Source: Aplysia californica (Eukaryota). From it: a stretch of 64,000 bases of DNA. The stretch's first letter is position 1. The number at the start of each line of letters is the position of its first letter. A program made the position numbers and the translations under genes. The stretch is taken from contig NW_004797274.1 of assembly GCF_000002075.1 (NCBI RefSeq), positions 2,653,473 through 2,717,472 of the forward strand. Direction: 5' to 3'. Shown here in pieces: positions 1-14,300 of the stretch. The notes under the pieces were generated by a model that worked only from the letters and a program-made list of their open reading frames with translations, did not search any database and was not told the origin of the DNA.

Positions 1-330
1 AAGGAGTTTACTCTGATGGAATTGAAGGCAGCCCTCAGAAAGTGTAAAAGGAAAAAGGCCCCAGGACCAGACCACATCATCGATGATGGACTCTTCCCTT
101 TCCATAATCCCGGACTTCTTCAACAGGACCTGGAACGAGGGACAGCTCCCAACAGAATGGAAGAAAACAAACCTCACACCGATACTGAAAAAGGACAAAC
201 CAGCAAGCAGATCACAGGCAGGATTCAGGAAAGGCAAAAGAACTATGGACCACCTCATCAGATTTGCCCAGAAGACCAGCTATGCCTTTCAAGATAAAGA
301 CAATGTTGTGGCTGTCTTCATCGACCTGAG
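1..330 (+). mobile_element. Decayed LINE reverse-transcriptase fragment (I/Nimb/Jockey-like)
   Basis: KKAPGPD, W..GQLPTEWK...PILKKDKP, QAGFRKG, VAVFIDL, spread over two frames with internal deletions. Confidence 0.8.
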
Positions 331-2178
331 GTAGGGCTGGGCAAGTACCCGGGTACAGTGGAACTCGGATTCAACGAGAACTCGGATTCAACAAGATGAG
401 ATAGATTCCCCTTTTGTTTTTCTTCTAATCAATAAAAATAATCTGGATTCAACGAGCACATAAACAGCGAGCTCGGATTCAACGAGGTCGCTTCCAGGGT
501 GAACAGCCCCCGAAGAGGTGGCTTCGCTCATTTTTCTCCCAGAACTAACTTTATCTATTCCCGGAAACCATCCATTGCACCTGCATCGTGAACCATTAAT
601 CACTTAGCCAATTGCATGCGACCAATCAGCGGCCTTTTTTCATACCAACACATGCGTTGTTGGCACGCGCACGTGTCTACTTTGGCATGTTTCAGGGTCG
701 GATGGGCGGCCTGCACACGTGTGACTGTGTGTGTTTGTCAGGGGGGGGGGGGGGGGGGCACTAGCGGTCAGGGAGTTGAACATCGCAGATACAAACGTGT
801 CACAGTCTTCTTTTCCCTCGGCAACTGATCACTATTACACTATTACAATGATAAGCTAGTTTTGACATAGATTACGTTATGAATTGTGCGCTGGTCTATG
901 GAATCAAAAGTTGCCGTATGCTAGGCTCAACACAGCAACAACTTTTTGGTAAACAATAGAGATGACACAGGCGTGTGCATTTGAACGAATCTGTCTTTTT
1001 TTTTTACACAGTTCATAATATGCAGACATCTCAGGCACTACTTGTGACTTCTCTTTATACATTACTTGCTCAGTAACTATTTACATAAAACGACGGGGAC
1101 AAAACTAGGAAGAAGGGCAGCTGGAAAATTTTTACTTTCACTCCCTCACACAGATACACTGCTTTGGGGGATCAAACAGCTGTATTTTTTAATGCAAATC
1201 ACACATATGGCTGCTAAAACTGCCGCAAATAGATTACTTTCAAGAAAATTTCAAATTTGCAAGACTTCAATGGGAAAGCGGAGGCATGTCCCCTAAACCG
1301 CCTAGATTTTTTTTTTTATACCTTCAGGGGGCATAGAGTCTACCCCCTGAAACGCCCTCAAATTGATCCAAAATGTGGAAAATTACTATGCCTTTAAGTT
1401 TGGCGTAGTTTGCATAAAAAGCCGTTTTGCCTAGCGGTGTGAGAAATTACATTGATAATTAGCAAGGGAGAGATTTATAATAATAATTTTAATAACCACA
1501 ACCCAAAATGTCGCATACATGATGGCCCTTGAATGCGTGTATTGGCTCAAATAGGGGATGTTAAATTTACTGTTGCCTACATTGTACTCTGCATAGATCA
1601 AGTGGCGCAAGGATAGTGATTAGACATCTGTCTCATGGCCTGCAGATGGCCAGGGCATAGCCTATTTCTGGCTAGTTCACGTGGGCCCTACACATGAGCA
1701 CGTGATGGCACATGGTATGTTTCATGTCATCATTGGCACTGGGCTTTCTCCTCTAGAATAGCGCAGTACAGTGTGCTGATCTACTCTTTCATCTGTTCTG
1801 TGTGACTGTTTGGCAGCTTAAGCAAATTGACAATGTTGGAGAGAAAGCATAATGCTTACAGCCAACAGCTCAAATTGCAGTCAAAAGAGGGAGATGAGAG
1901 AAAAAAAACTTCCCAAAAGTGAAATTTGCTTCAAGCATAGAGTTCCTAATTGTAGGCGGTTGACACCGATCACTATTTGAACAACCTCTCAAAACCAATA
2001 ACTCGGCTACACCAAAGAAAATCTGGCAGTTCTGCAGATTTTTATTGAAACGGACTCCACTGCGGTCTGTTGTGTATATTTTGACCTCATCAAAGTTGAA
2101 AAAAAATCCTGTTTCTTTCTTTTCAAGTAATTTGAGTGTACCTGTTTTTCTCTTTTTTCCAGCTCAAACAGATGAAGA

Positions 2179-2340
2179 ATGATGACCTGTGGTCTGGTCC
2201 TCTTCATCCTCTTGCACCATGTGGGTGTGTGTATTTCATTCCCAGACCTGAACCTCCCAGAGCTTCATGTGCCGTTCTTTTTCAACAATAACCCAGATGT
2301 AAAAGCTGCATGTGAAAAGGATGTGTCTTGCCCCTACAAG
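2179..2340 (+). CDS. EOGT: EOGT coding exon 1 (signal peptide to ...SCPYK)
   Basis: ATG at 2179, donor GTCAGT at 2341. An acceptor at 2161-2162 implies an upstream non-coding exon. Confidence 0.9.
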
Positions 2341-5300
2341 GTCAGTTTTCCTGTATGTGGGATGAAAATAGGACTCCACTGGGAGACCAGTTGATGTTGT
2401 TGGTTGCTGTGGTGAAAGGACTTAAGGACTTACCAACACCACTAGTTCACAAAATTTCGTATCTGTAGCCCACTCTACCAAGAAGGTTCCCTCATAATGT
2501 GAAGTCTTAGAGTGGGAAGCTAGCGCTTCCCATTTATTAAACATAGCCTTTTCACTTCGAGTTGGGATATTTGATTACACTTGAAACTGTATGATTGTCT
2601 GATTCCATTTAAATTGAAAGCTTACTTCCGTTTTAGTGTTTGCATGCTTTGTATGTGGATGCTTTTTAATGAAATATTTTCAGAACTGTACCACAATTGT
2701 TGTAACATACATTCATAAATGTATTTATTTTAAGTTTGTTTTTACTGGATGTAGTTGTACATGCTTTATTTTGAATGTCCTGTGTGTATAGGCCTACACT
2801 ATAGTAAGCCAAATTCCATCAGAATAGTTAAAAGTGTTCTTTTTTTTTCTTTTTTTTTTTAAATTGTACTTCATGAACTGTATTTGTTGCTTGACTCTTG
2901 CTTTATTTCCCTAGGCTGCCATGGACTCACCTGCATGCTGGGGTTATGAGACTGCGTGCAGCACGAAGAATCGACTGAGCAACCCTGACTGCTCGGGAGA
3001 CAGTAAGTCCTGGTGAGTTCTGTTTGGAGGTGTCCTTGCAAGAGAGGGCTCAAAGGTGTTCTCCTACCTGCAAAATAGATAAGAGATTTGTAATGAGTGA
3101 TGATATTTCTCATGGCGTGGTCATTTCTCAGTATTACAAGCATGAAAGTGGATTCTTGCGATTGTTACATTTATGTTTTATTTCTGGATTAGTCCACTGT
3201 AATACTGGTTCTAATTAACTGTTGCCCTGGGCTAAGCATAGGCTTTATCCCCTATTGAAATATTCACCTGGCAGTACCATTATAGGTGCAGCTCAGTGAC
3301 CTCCATACTTCACTCTTATATCTATATATATGTGATTTTTTGGATTGGAGAAACTCAATTTTGGTGGCCACTCATCAGACCGAAAGATGTGTCAAGTTGA
3401 ATACTAACATACATGTATAGTTCATAGAAAATACACCTTCTTCAGAGGTGTTTTAATTAATTCTGTCATTTTTTAAACTTTTTGTTTTTCCTGTTCTCTT
3501 TAGAAAAGAGACAGGGAAATTTGGGGGTCAGGAGGCAAGTAATATGGATAGGTCCTAAATGTTCATTGGTGTTTTCTGTTGGACTGACAGCTTTCAGCTC
3601 ATCAGTTTGAGAAGAAATACCCCAAGACCTGGCAGTTGTTCATATATGCAATGGTTCAGTTCTGCGAACCTGACAGATTGCTAAATATCAAGTTTACATC
3701 AGCTCTTAGATTTTTATTTTATTCCCAGCAATGAAGGATGTCATGTGTCCTCAACGGAAGTGAAGGAACACTTGTGGTATTCATGTCATAAACAGGTAAC
3801 CTGTAGCGTCCTTCAGCCTTACTTGGCCCTCTTCTTTGGTACTGAGCTCCTATCTTGCTCGCTCCTTGGTATTGATGAAACTATGGGTCATATTACATGA
3901 CAGAGAAGCGTGCTCTGATGTATCTCTATGATGCTTTTTGCTTGAACTATTTGTTTTCACAAACACTTTTGATCAAACTCTTTGATGAATTTGACCGAGG
4001 AGGCTATTTGTATATATTTTTTTTATTATTCTTAATCTTTTGTCATCTTGTTTGTGTCTCTAAAGAGCTACAGTTTAATTCCACAGGGCACAAAGAAAAC
4101 AGGAGCAGTTGGATAAGTTCTGGCGAAGAGCTGATTTTGGCTTAGTTTCTGAACACCGCAGTGAGATGAAAGTTCTGTGCAAGCCGAACAGCGAGGTATT
4201 AGCTCTTTTTAATCCTCTATTTTTCGAATGTCTAAGGATCCAGTTTCGCAGATACCATTGAGATCTTTTGCTTTTGGTTTCATTATAATTAAGAGTTTTC
4301 TGGTTTTAATGTCTACTCTTTTTACTTTGTGTATTGCTTTTTTGCACAGATGATATTTTAAATGTGTATTAAGTGGTTATACTTTATTTTTTACTATCAA
4401 AGTTGTCTGGATCGCTAACAACAACAACTATCAAAGTTGTGTACAACTTGGTATGTAATTTTTATTGTTTGACAATTTAAAACCTTTTATGTTTGCATTC
4501 AGTGTTAGCGTTTCTTTGTGTTTAGAGTTTATTTAATTTGGGAAATTACTCTTGGTCAAAGTCATCATAGTGCCAAACAACTGAAAAAATCTCTATCAAT
4601 ATAGCTGAGTAAATCTGGGGAGGTGATTGCTCAAGTTTTTTAGACTTTACTTTTGTATGAAAGTGAAAAAGTTTCTTTTTCAGTTTTCAACATGTATTGT
4701 TTTTGTTAGTCTTAAGTGATTGCAGCTTCTTGCCTCTACCTTTGAATGCTGTCCATTTTATTGTTGTTCATTTGGCTTGTGAAGTCCTTCACTGGTTTTA
4801 TTTATTTTTCATCAGCTGGACTCAAGTTTGGAATGTGCCAAGTACCTACGCTACTGCAAAGCAAAGAATATCTTTTTTGACTTCTCGTCTGCCAACATAG
4901 TTAAAGGCCCAGAGAGGTACACATTTTTGTTGTGGTTGTTTTAAGGTCAAAGTCCTTTCTATAAATGACCTTTTTGTGGGGGAAGAATCCAGGTGGCTAT
5001 TTATAAAGATTCAGAAACCATATGTGTCATGATGCGGTGGAATCAGGCGTTCGTCAATTTTTGGGCATGTGGAGTTATTGGTATCATCTGTATAATCTTA
5101 AAGCTTGTGCATTTGTCTTGCCTTCTTTGAAAAAAGCAACCCATTTATTTGAAATAGAAGTCGAGATATCTGCAATTGAAGGAGATGGAGCTCACCTTGT
5201 TTCAAAGGTTAAATTAGCGAGAAAGTGGCCACCAAAGTTTGGTAATTTCCATAGCTCGAGAGCCCATGGTAACTGAAAACTTACATTTTTTTCCCAGTGA

Positions 5301-8300
5301 AATCCACACAAAAATGGGCATGTGGAGTTAAATGAATGGACATAAAGATGTTGAGCCAAAAAAAAAATCTGTAAAATAATAATAATAATAATAATAATAT
5401 ATAGCATTTATATTGCACATGTCCCCACTCGAAAGCAAGCTCTATGCGGTTTACACTATATTATTACCCCAGCAGACCATAGAACACTCAGAAACATTCT
5501 CAGCTTCCCGGGAAGCATGCAGTGCAAGCAGCTGGTTAAGCACTCAAACACTAACAAACTGACAAGATCTTTCACTGTCTATAGCTGGGTACCCATTCCG
5601 ACCTAGGTGAAGTGGGGAAAATTCGTGTAAAGTGTCTTTCCCAGGGACACAATGTTGGGCTCGCAGCTCGAACCCCCGAACCTGCAACCTCACGATTATG
5701 AGTCCGGTAGCCTAACCACTAGGCCACCGACAAAAAATAGCCAAGCTGGGTGGAAAATGCCTGTTTCTTCAATTTCATTATTTTGACAAGCGCCTGATTT
5801 CGCCACACTGCCTCACATATGGGATCAACCTGCTGTTAATATCTCTTTTTTTGCAGAAATGCCAAAATCTTAGTTTCAGGGATGACTGCCTTTGTCGCGA
5901 TTGTTATTTTGTATGTGTTAAAATCAGACAACACAAGTGTTAACATTTTGTTAGCATTCTACTTTTAATTTAAAAAATTTGACAACTTTAAATTGCCCGG
6001 AAATACCTATTCCTGCCATGAGTCATATATAAAAAATGTGTTCAATTTCTGTCAATTATGGAATGTTTTAGACGTTCATCTCATCTTGCTGATGAGTGTT
6101 CTTTCCTTTTCATCTTAATATTAAGTTCTGGACATTCTATAATTCATTGTTAGGAATCGCTATCGGGAGGATGTTCTGAAAGAGGGACAAGTTGGAGGTC
6201 ATTGTACCCTTGATGTCAAAGCTCTCAAAGCAGAAGGGGAACATAAAAGTCCTCTACAGTCTTGGTGAGTTGTGAGGTTGTGAGAAGGATCGCCTCATTT
6301 GCTAGAATATCCAGAGTGTCGGAAAAATGGGATGTTCCATACTTTATCCTGTATGAGCCTAGCCTCTATGTGTGTCTTTTTGCATGTGATATTGCTTGTT
6401 CTATTTTCTTTCAATTCAGTACAGTTTGAAAATTTTGCTAGATTACTTAAGCTGTAACTTTCTTGTCATAATTGTATAGATCTTTAATACACTTCATACA
6501 CCATAGTCTTTTAATTTCATTTGAAGTAAAATCTGCCAGTTTCATCAAAAGTAAATAAAAGTGTTAAAATGCTGTAGTTAGTGGCATCACATAATTGTAC
6601 TAAAATTATGACTTCAACAATTTCTTGTCTATGTATTTTGTAAGGCAAAATTTATGAGGAGTAGAAGATTAGGGAAGGAAAATGTGACAATACATCTTTG
6701 TGTGAATCTTTAATGCCTGAGGAACTCTAAAATTTATTTTGTTCTTTTTTTTTCCTGTCTCACATGCAACAGGTTTTTACCAGAAGGAAGATGGGACAGT
6801 TGTTGATACCCACTTTTTCGTAAAGTTTACTATGAGAGAAAGGTCATTGTTTGAGCACCTTTTGGATCACAATTTTCCTCCCTTGTCTTAAAAGACCTAC
6901 TTTTAGCCTCGCTGCCAGAATGGCCTGCCTCGTGTTCCACCTGGTAAAAATCTGTTGCATGTCAGACAGAAAAAAATAAATAGAACAAAATGAGTTCAGT
7001 TCGGGTCGATGTTTTGTTTCCTCAGGTTTGCAGAACTAGAACATTACACCTCTCTTCCCTTCCAGCCGTCAGATGCCAGCAACTGTGATATAGTGTTTGA
7101 TAAACCTACCTACCTCATCAAATTAGATGCCGGTAGGTCAACTTGACAACTCGTTATTTCATCTTAGGGTGCCTAGAGCATTTAGTCGGTAGTCCCTCTT
7201 CTTCCTTTTTTATCTGCATTTATCTATTGGCCATTCTGTTTTTCCATAGCACCTCGTAACCAATATGATAGTAATGTGTCTTTCATTCACTCATACATAC
7301 AGACAACAGCAGGACATTGTATTGGCAATCTGTTTTCCAGGATGAAAAGATAAGTATACAAACGGTGCAATGGTCTCCACTTAATAACCCAGTCCACCTA
7401 AGAACAGGCTTTAATCGTTTAACAATTTTTTCTCTCTATTATTTGCATGCTTGAGAACCTGTTCTAAAACTAGAAACCTGTGCAGTAGCCTGCTTTGAGC
7501 CAAGGGCAATAAACTTTTCTGAACTGTTTTTACCATACTTTGCATGTGCAAAGATACCCTCTTCAAGGCTAGACAAATATATTAATTATACTGTTACAGA
7601 GTTAGATAAGCACAATTGGGGGCTGTTTAGGAGGCCACTTGTTTCAGGTTTCAAATGCACTGCCAACTTTCAATCTCATGGGCTCCTTGATAGAAACAGC
7701 CAAAAGAAATGATGTAGTGCCATTATTGGTAATGGAAGGTTTATTTATATGAAGGAAAAACGGGCGGAAAGAGGGGTCAGGGGGAAAAGAGAGGAGTTGG
7801 TATGAATTAGTGAATGGCGAAAGGTACATTCTACCAACACACTTGCACAGAACATTATTCAAGGTGGTGCATTAGCTCTGCGAAGTGGGTGAATTGCTAT
7901 ATGCTTTTCGGTTGATGTAATCCCTTGTTTCTCGATCTCACAAGTGATCAAAGCATTCAGTTGTTTGTCTTATGAAAGCTTACCTTTCCCTTCACACACG
8001 CACGCAGCATTCTGATAGGTGCTTTTCATACTTTTGATACGCTCTCAAATCATAGTGACAATATTGCCTCATGGAAGTTCACTCAGAATCCTCTTGTTCT
8101 CATTTGCACCCAAAACAATACACACTGATCAGACAAAGGAAACTCAAAATAATTTTTTTAAAAACAAAACCAAACCACTCTATCTTCCCACTGGTATCAG
8201 TATCACCTACTGGTCATCATTTCATTATTGAATATCAAGGGAAGCCAATGGATGGGATGTGCCCCCCCAGCCTGCCAGGAATAGGATTGGATGTTCGATG

Positions 8301-11300
8301 AAAACAAATGGCCAAATATTGAGTTTTTTTCTGTTTCTTTTAAATTAATTCTAGTCATTTTAGGGTTTACTGCTTAGTGACGTAATTTCATTTTCTTTGA
8401 GTAAGTGAAAATTGGGCATTTTGGTCATGTAGTGTACAGCTTTTCAGTTTTACTGTGTCAAAAAATGTGGCTGTTACCATACAGACTCACTGTCTACTTT
8501 AACACTACAGTGTCATCCCCACCACAATACAACAATAGCAATAACAACATTGACTTTGTGTCGCTTCTCTTGATCCTCAGGAATCAATATGTATCATCAT
8601 TTCTGTGACTTTGTCAACTTGTATGCTTCTCAACACATCAACAACTCCTTCAGCACAGATGTCAACATTATCATGTGGGACACGGTGAGCATGGAGTACT
8701 GTTCAAGTAACCAAAAAAAGAGGGGAAAAAGGGATGTGTTTATGTTATTCGTGTTACGAAAAGAAACTACAACTGAACTTGCCTAAATGGACACCTGTCC
8801 ATGATGAAATCTCCCTGCCCTCTTGATGATTTTTTTTATAATACACCTGTCTAAGACAGAAACCTTCACAACCTGGAAACAGACTGAGATATTCCTTCCC
8901 ATCGGAGGCTTCTAACCTGGCAGAGATGGAAAATGCCGTGCCCGTTCAAACCTTTAAAAAAAACGAAAAAACTTCCAAGTTTGATTCCACTGACAATGAC
9001 TACACCACGCTACCAGATGAGGGAGAGGGGATGGGGTGCAATTTGTAGGTAGCCGTAACTCCTGTGTGAGCCGAGAGTGGTGCATATGGTCAGGGTGGTT
9101 GGGTGTGGTGTGATCTCACCACTGCTTTTCTTCAGAATGCTCAAGTGATGCGCCAGCATAGAAACTTTCCTGAGCAGCCAGTGGTGAGAAATTTGACCAC
9201 TGCCTGCTTTTTTAATCTTATAACCAGCCCAGAAAAAGTTCCCCAAATCATTGTTAAATGCAAGGAAGAGATAGCATTGGTTGATTATGCTTATTACATG
9301 GATGGATGGGGCTAAAAGTGGAAACAAAGGAGACACTGAATCGTTTCTGTGTTTAATTGGTTAAATAGTGGTACAAATGAGATGCAAGCACTGGTGGCAA
9401 TGGATTAATAAGACTGATGCACACCATTAATAGAGCAGCTAGGATAGCACTTGGGAGGTGTGAAATTTTGACCACTGCTTGCCAACTAAACTGGTGACCT
9501 TTTACCCCTCCACAATGGCCTGGCCCTGTGGACCTTTAATGAAAACTTACTTTATTAAATGTTCATCACTTTCGGGGTTATGCATATAATGACTGTGTTA
9601 CACTTTAGATACGTTCCTTTCCCTGATCTATTAGGAATATAAATAAGTCCATATATAATAAGAGGAGAAAGTGATTTCTTAAATTGTTTTTGAATATTGA
9701 TCGCTACCATTTCCTTTTTTTCCAGAGTCCAATGCCATATGGAGACTTCTTTAGTCTGACGTGGAAAGCATTCTCAGATTATCCTGTCATTCCGTTAAAA
9801 GATCTGGATGGGAAAAAGGTAATGAAAAATGAAATCACTTCTTTTTCTCTCAGCATATGTCTTGACATGTGTGAGACTGTCAGGATATACTATGACATGA
9901 ACACTTTTTAAAAAATCAGAGCCAGATTAGGAAACAGTTGTCAGGATATACAGAGACAGGCACACTTTTCTTTTTTTTTAACCAGAAACAGTTTTTGAAT
10001 TTTAACCCTTGGAGCCCTGACCTACCTGAGCCATACAGGACCGGTGCACCAGAGCTGGTAGGTTTGCTCTTCTGCATACTTAAGCATGTAGTCGGTGTAC
10101 AAAAGGGTAAAGATAGAATATACCGGGGTCTGTGAAAAGCTACCTCATCATCATACACAAAGGACCTGAGTTCAGTTCCCATATAAGGAGAATTTTTATT
10201 CAGTATCTCAGCCTTTTTGCTGGGATGTTGTATCCCTCTCTGCGCAGATGGTTATGCTAGTCAGGGTGGAAGCTTGCTTAAATAAATTATTTAAATTTTG
10301 TTGGGTTTTTTTTTTTAAAGATAAAAGGAGAATATGCACTGTGGTTTATAGTCATTGTTTGATACAGCATGGGTGGACATTTGGTCCCCCCTCTTTCTCT
10401 GATGTTTTTCTTGTTCTCTTCCTGTCATTCTCAAATGGTTTGCCAAGGTCTTGATATTTTGTCTTGCTGTGGAAAGTTAAAAAGAAAAAAAGACCCATTG
10501 ACTCAATGGTCATAAGATAGTGTTTGTGGGGAAAAAATGAAGCAATTGATATAAATCAGTAGTAAAAAGATAGAAAGAAAAAAAAGAAAGCTGAAATTGG
10601 AGGATGGTTGAGGCTGTGGTTACTACTACTAATAATAGATAGCATTTGTATAACACAAATTCCTGCTCAACAGCAAGCTCTATGCACTTTTCAATCCATA
10701 TTATTTCCCTGGCAGTCCTGACAGAATTCTGAAACAATCTAAACTTCCTGGGAAACATACAGTGCAAGCTGTCATTTTATAGGCGCTGGAACGCTAACAT
10801 ACTGACAAAATCTTTCGCTGTTTATGGCCGGGTACCCATTTCCACCTGGGTGAAGTGAGGACAATTCTTTTAAAGCGCCTTTCTGAAGGACACAATGTTG
10901 GGCCTGAGGCTCAAAACCTCACTCCCGCAACTTCGCGATTATGAGTCCAGTAGCCTTACCACTAGACTACAGCGTGGAGTATATCGTGAGACCCACCTTT
11001 TGATGATCATTTTGCTCTAACTTTTTTCTCAGGTCTGCTTCAAAGAGGCTGTGTTTCCACTTCTTGCCAGGATGAGGTTCGGCCTCTATTACAACATGCC
11101 GCTGGTAAGTGAAAGGAAAGGATTTTGTAATGCCATGTATATGTAAAGCATGCAAAATATCCCTTTCATTTCAAGAAAGTTTTGTTTTAATTAACAGAAA
11201 AAAACATGTTTATACAATCATACTTGTTCTTATTGTCTGGTCATGAAAATGTCTACTCAACAAGCCAAGTTTATTGTAGTTTAGAATGGGTCACACAGGG

Positions 11301-14300
11301 CTGCCTAAATCTACCGATTTTTCCGGTAGATACCGATTTTGGGCCTTTTCTACCGACATACCGATAAGGTGTAAAAACTACCGGATTTGTGATGGGTGCC
11401 GGAGAATAAAAAGAAAAAAACCATTCTGCAGTGCTTCCATTCTTTGTTTTAACGGAAATCCGTACATTTCTAAAGTTCTGTACTTGCCGCATCATCATAT
11501 CAACTCCATGCGTTGAGAGAGAGAGAGAGATCAGCACTTGCCTCCGTAACTTGTCAGATATTTATGGCAACTCTCGGCAATAAGTTGTATTAGAAACTGC
11601 CAGATTGCGCATTCCGTACCCTTGTCTACGAGTCTATCTGTGCCGTTCGGTCGGCAATAGTTTTCACGTGCATATCGGCTGAAATCTGTCTACTCACGAT
11701 AGATAATCTTCCTCCTTCTTTTCATTCATTCTTTCTTTCTGTCTATCTTCAGTTTTTTTGCTGTGGCTAGAAAATCTGTGCCTTTAATTCATTTATCCAG
11801 AAAACAATTGGGAATTTGGAAGGAAAATCGGTATCGAAGCAAAACATTCTAAAATCTGTCTTGGTCTAGGGAATTGGTCAGTACCAAGTAAGGATTCTAC
11901 GCAGGGGGACTCGGGAATTTATTACCCGGGACCTGAGAAAATGCACAAAGTCCCCGAAACCAAATCTGAAAAGCCGTCAGAGTTCATATTTTACTGGTCG
12001 CGTTTGTGATATTACGTTCGGCTTTCCCCAGTCCTCCCCAGTCCGAGAGTGGGTTTCGCGCGAATGAGTGGCTATGGCGGCAATCGGAAGTGTAGGTGTA
12101 ATACTGAGACTCCATTGGGAAAATCAAAATCTACTTTCGCTTTCGTTACTGCTCAGAATTGTCCGATGATAGTTCGTTGACGTTAGATTTAGTTAATAAA
12201 AATTTGTAACCTGCAGTTTGTGCCTAAAAAACATTATAGTGTAGCCATAAACGTTAAATCGATATTCTCACTGATGTCACTATAATGACAAAAAAAGGAA
12301 GAAAAAGAAAACAAGCGTCCTCCAGTTTCTAGATTGTTGGGCCCGTCGTCGTGACCGGTCAATGAACCTGTGAGAGTTCTTGAGTACGGCGTGAGCAAGG
12401 GACCGGCCGGTGGTTGTTGGGAAAGCCTAATCAAAGTTCATTCAAAGTAGGAGCGTTGCAGGGCGTCGGGATTGAAGGGAGGTGTTTGATGCAATAAAGT
12501 CTACGGCAGCAGGAAAAGGCCGCGGTGCAAGAAACTGATGCTAAAATAAAAACGATAAGTGGAAGTGCGTAAATGAGGGAACATTAGAGCACTGGCTTGA
12601 TGATTATATCTTCAAGGTTGGTGTTCCCGGATTTGTCAGTGATGACAAATTGAATAGTAGCAATGAGTAAATGCCATTTTCAACCCTCGGAAAGCTCTAT
12701 GTTGGATGCCTATGCATCATGATGGCTTGTTGCATCACTACATCCCACACTCTCTCAGTCCTTCCAGCTCCGGCTCTATCGGTACACACTCTCTTTTATT
12801 TTCTCTTTTTGCTCTGCCGGGAGCCTAACTATAAAGGTTTTATAAATAAGTTTTGTCTTGCATACTTTTTAAAATCGGTGATTGCTGAAACCAAACATGG
12901 TTTTGGCAGTTGATGTTCTTCTGGCCTCTCATCAGGCCCAGATCAGGATTCATTTTGTATTTTTAGGGTAAAACTAGTTAAAATCAATTGTCTGCCATAC
13001 GTAAGTCACAAAGGACTTATCGGTGTCCTATGCTTGTGTCGGGAAATATGTTTTAATTTAGTTTCTATTGGTATGGGCTAGGGGTTTTGAAGTCAGTTTG
13101 GCAATCACCCTGCACTCAATTCCAGATTCAATACTGAATGATAGGTGCCTTGAACGATAGTCCATAAAATGATTTTAAAAAACCCAGCCTCGCCTCATTT
13201 CATACACACTGTTCTTCATAACTTGTGCACACCCATACACCCCCTTCCTTCCCCACGCACATATTACATATATAGGCACATGCGAGAGCATGGCAACATG
13301 CACACACAGACACACATACATATGTGCATGCACAAACAAGTTTTCAAAATATAATTACCCAATATCAGGGAAAACAAGTGTGTTCGATGGGGCAACGATC
13401 ATCTTTTTTTTTTCTTCTTTGTTTTGTACTACCTGATTTTGGGCCAATCTACCTGAAAATGACCGTGAATCTACCTGAAATGGGAACTTTGAGGTAGGCA
13501 GCCCTGGTCACATGTGTGCAGATTGAGAACTGAGTCATTTGCTATTCATGTACCTTTATCTTAAACTAACTCCTTTTTTGCAAAAACATTTTATAGATCC
13601 AAATTAATCATATATGTTGAAAATAGTGCAAGGTGCTGCTAGCAGGCCTCTCTGACCGTGTTTTCAGTTTGACTTCTGACCTCCTCACCATCTTTAAATA
13701 TTTCAATTTAATGTCTTGTGACTGAAACTATCTTGAAGGTAAAACTATCTTTAATGTAATACAGTGGAGTCCGTTTAAACCGCACATGGTTAATCCGAAA
13801 ACAGTGTTAAAACAAAAAAAATGAGATCCCTGATTTTTCTTCGTCTCTTTGAGCCACCTCTCTAAACTGAAAACCTGGTTAAACCGAAGATAATGTGGCT
13901 GTCCTGCAGATATCGGTTTAACACCGTCCTCCTCTGTGCTTATATTGTTTTTGTCTTTGTGCCTTGTTGTGCCACAGATGCCTGGTTGTTACGGCAGCAG
14001 TCTCATACAAGCCTTCTCCCAGCACATCCTGCACAGGCTAGACGTGCCTCAGGAAGGACCACTGGTGAGTTAAGGCACATTGAGTAATCGTCGCCTCAGA
14101 ACTATATGGTCCAAAACGCACTCTTTACTTAAGTACACTTTTGGACAAAATAGCTATGCAGCAATGTAATGTTGTAGGTGGTTGAAGGGTGTTACTTTTG
14201 AGTTCGGGCTGATTGACTGACTGATTGAGTGGGTGGGTGTTCCTGGTAGCTCTTTGTCCTTCTTATTTTGTCAATGCTCATGTGTCACAACATGATGCTA

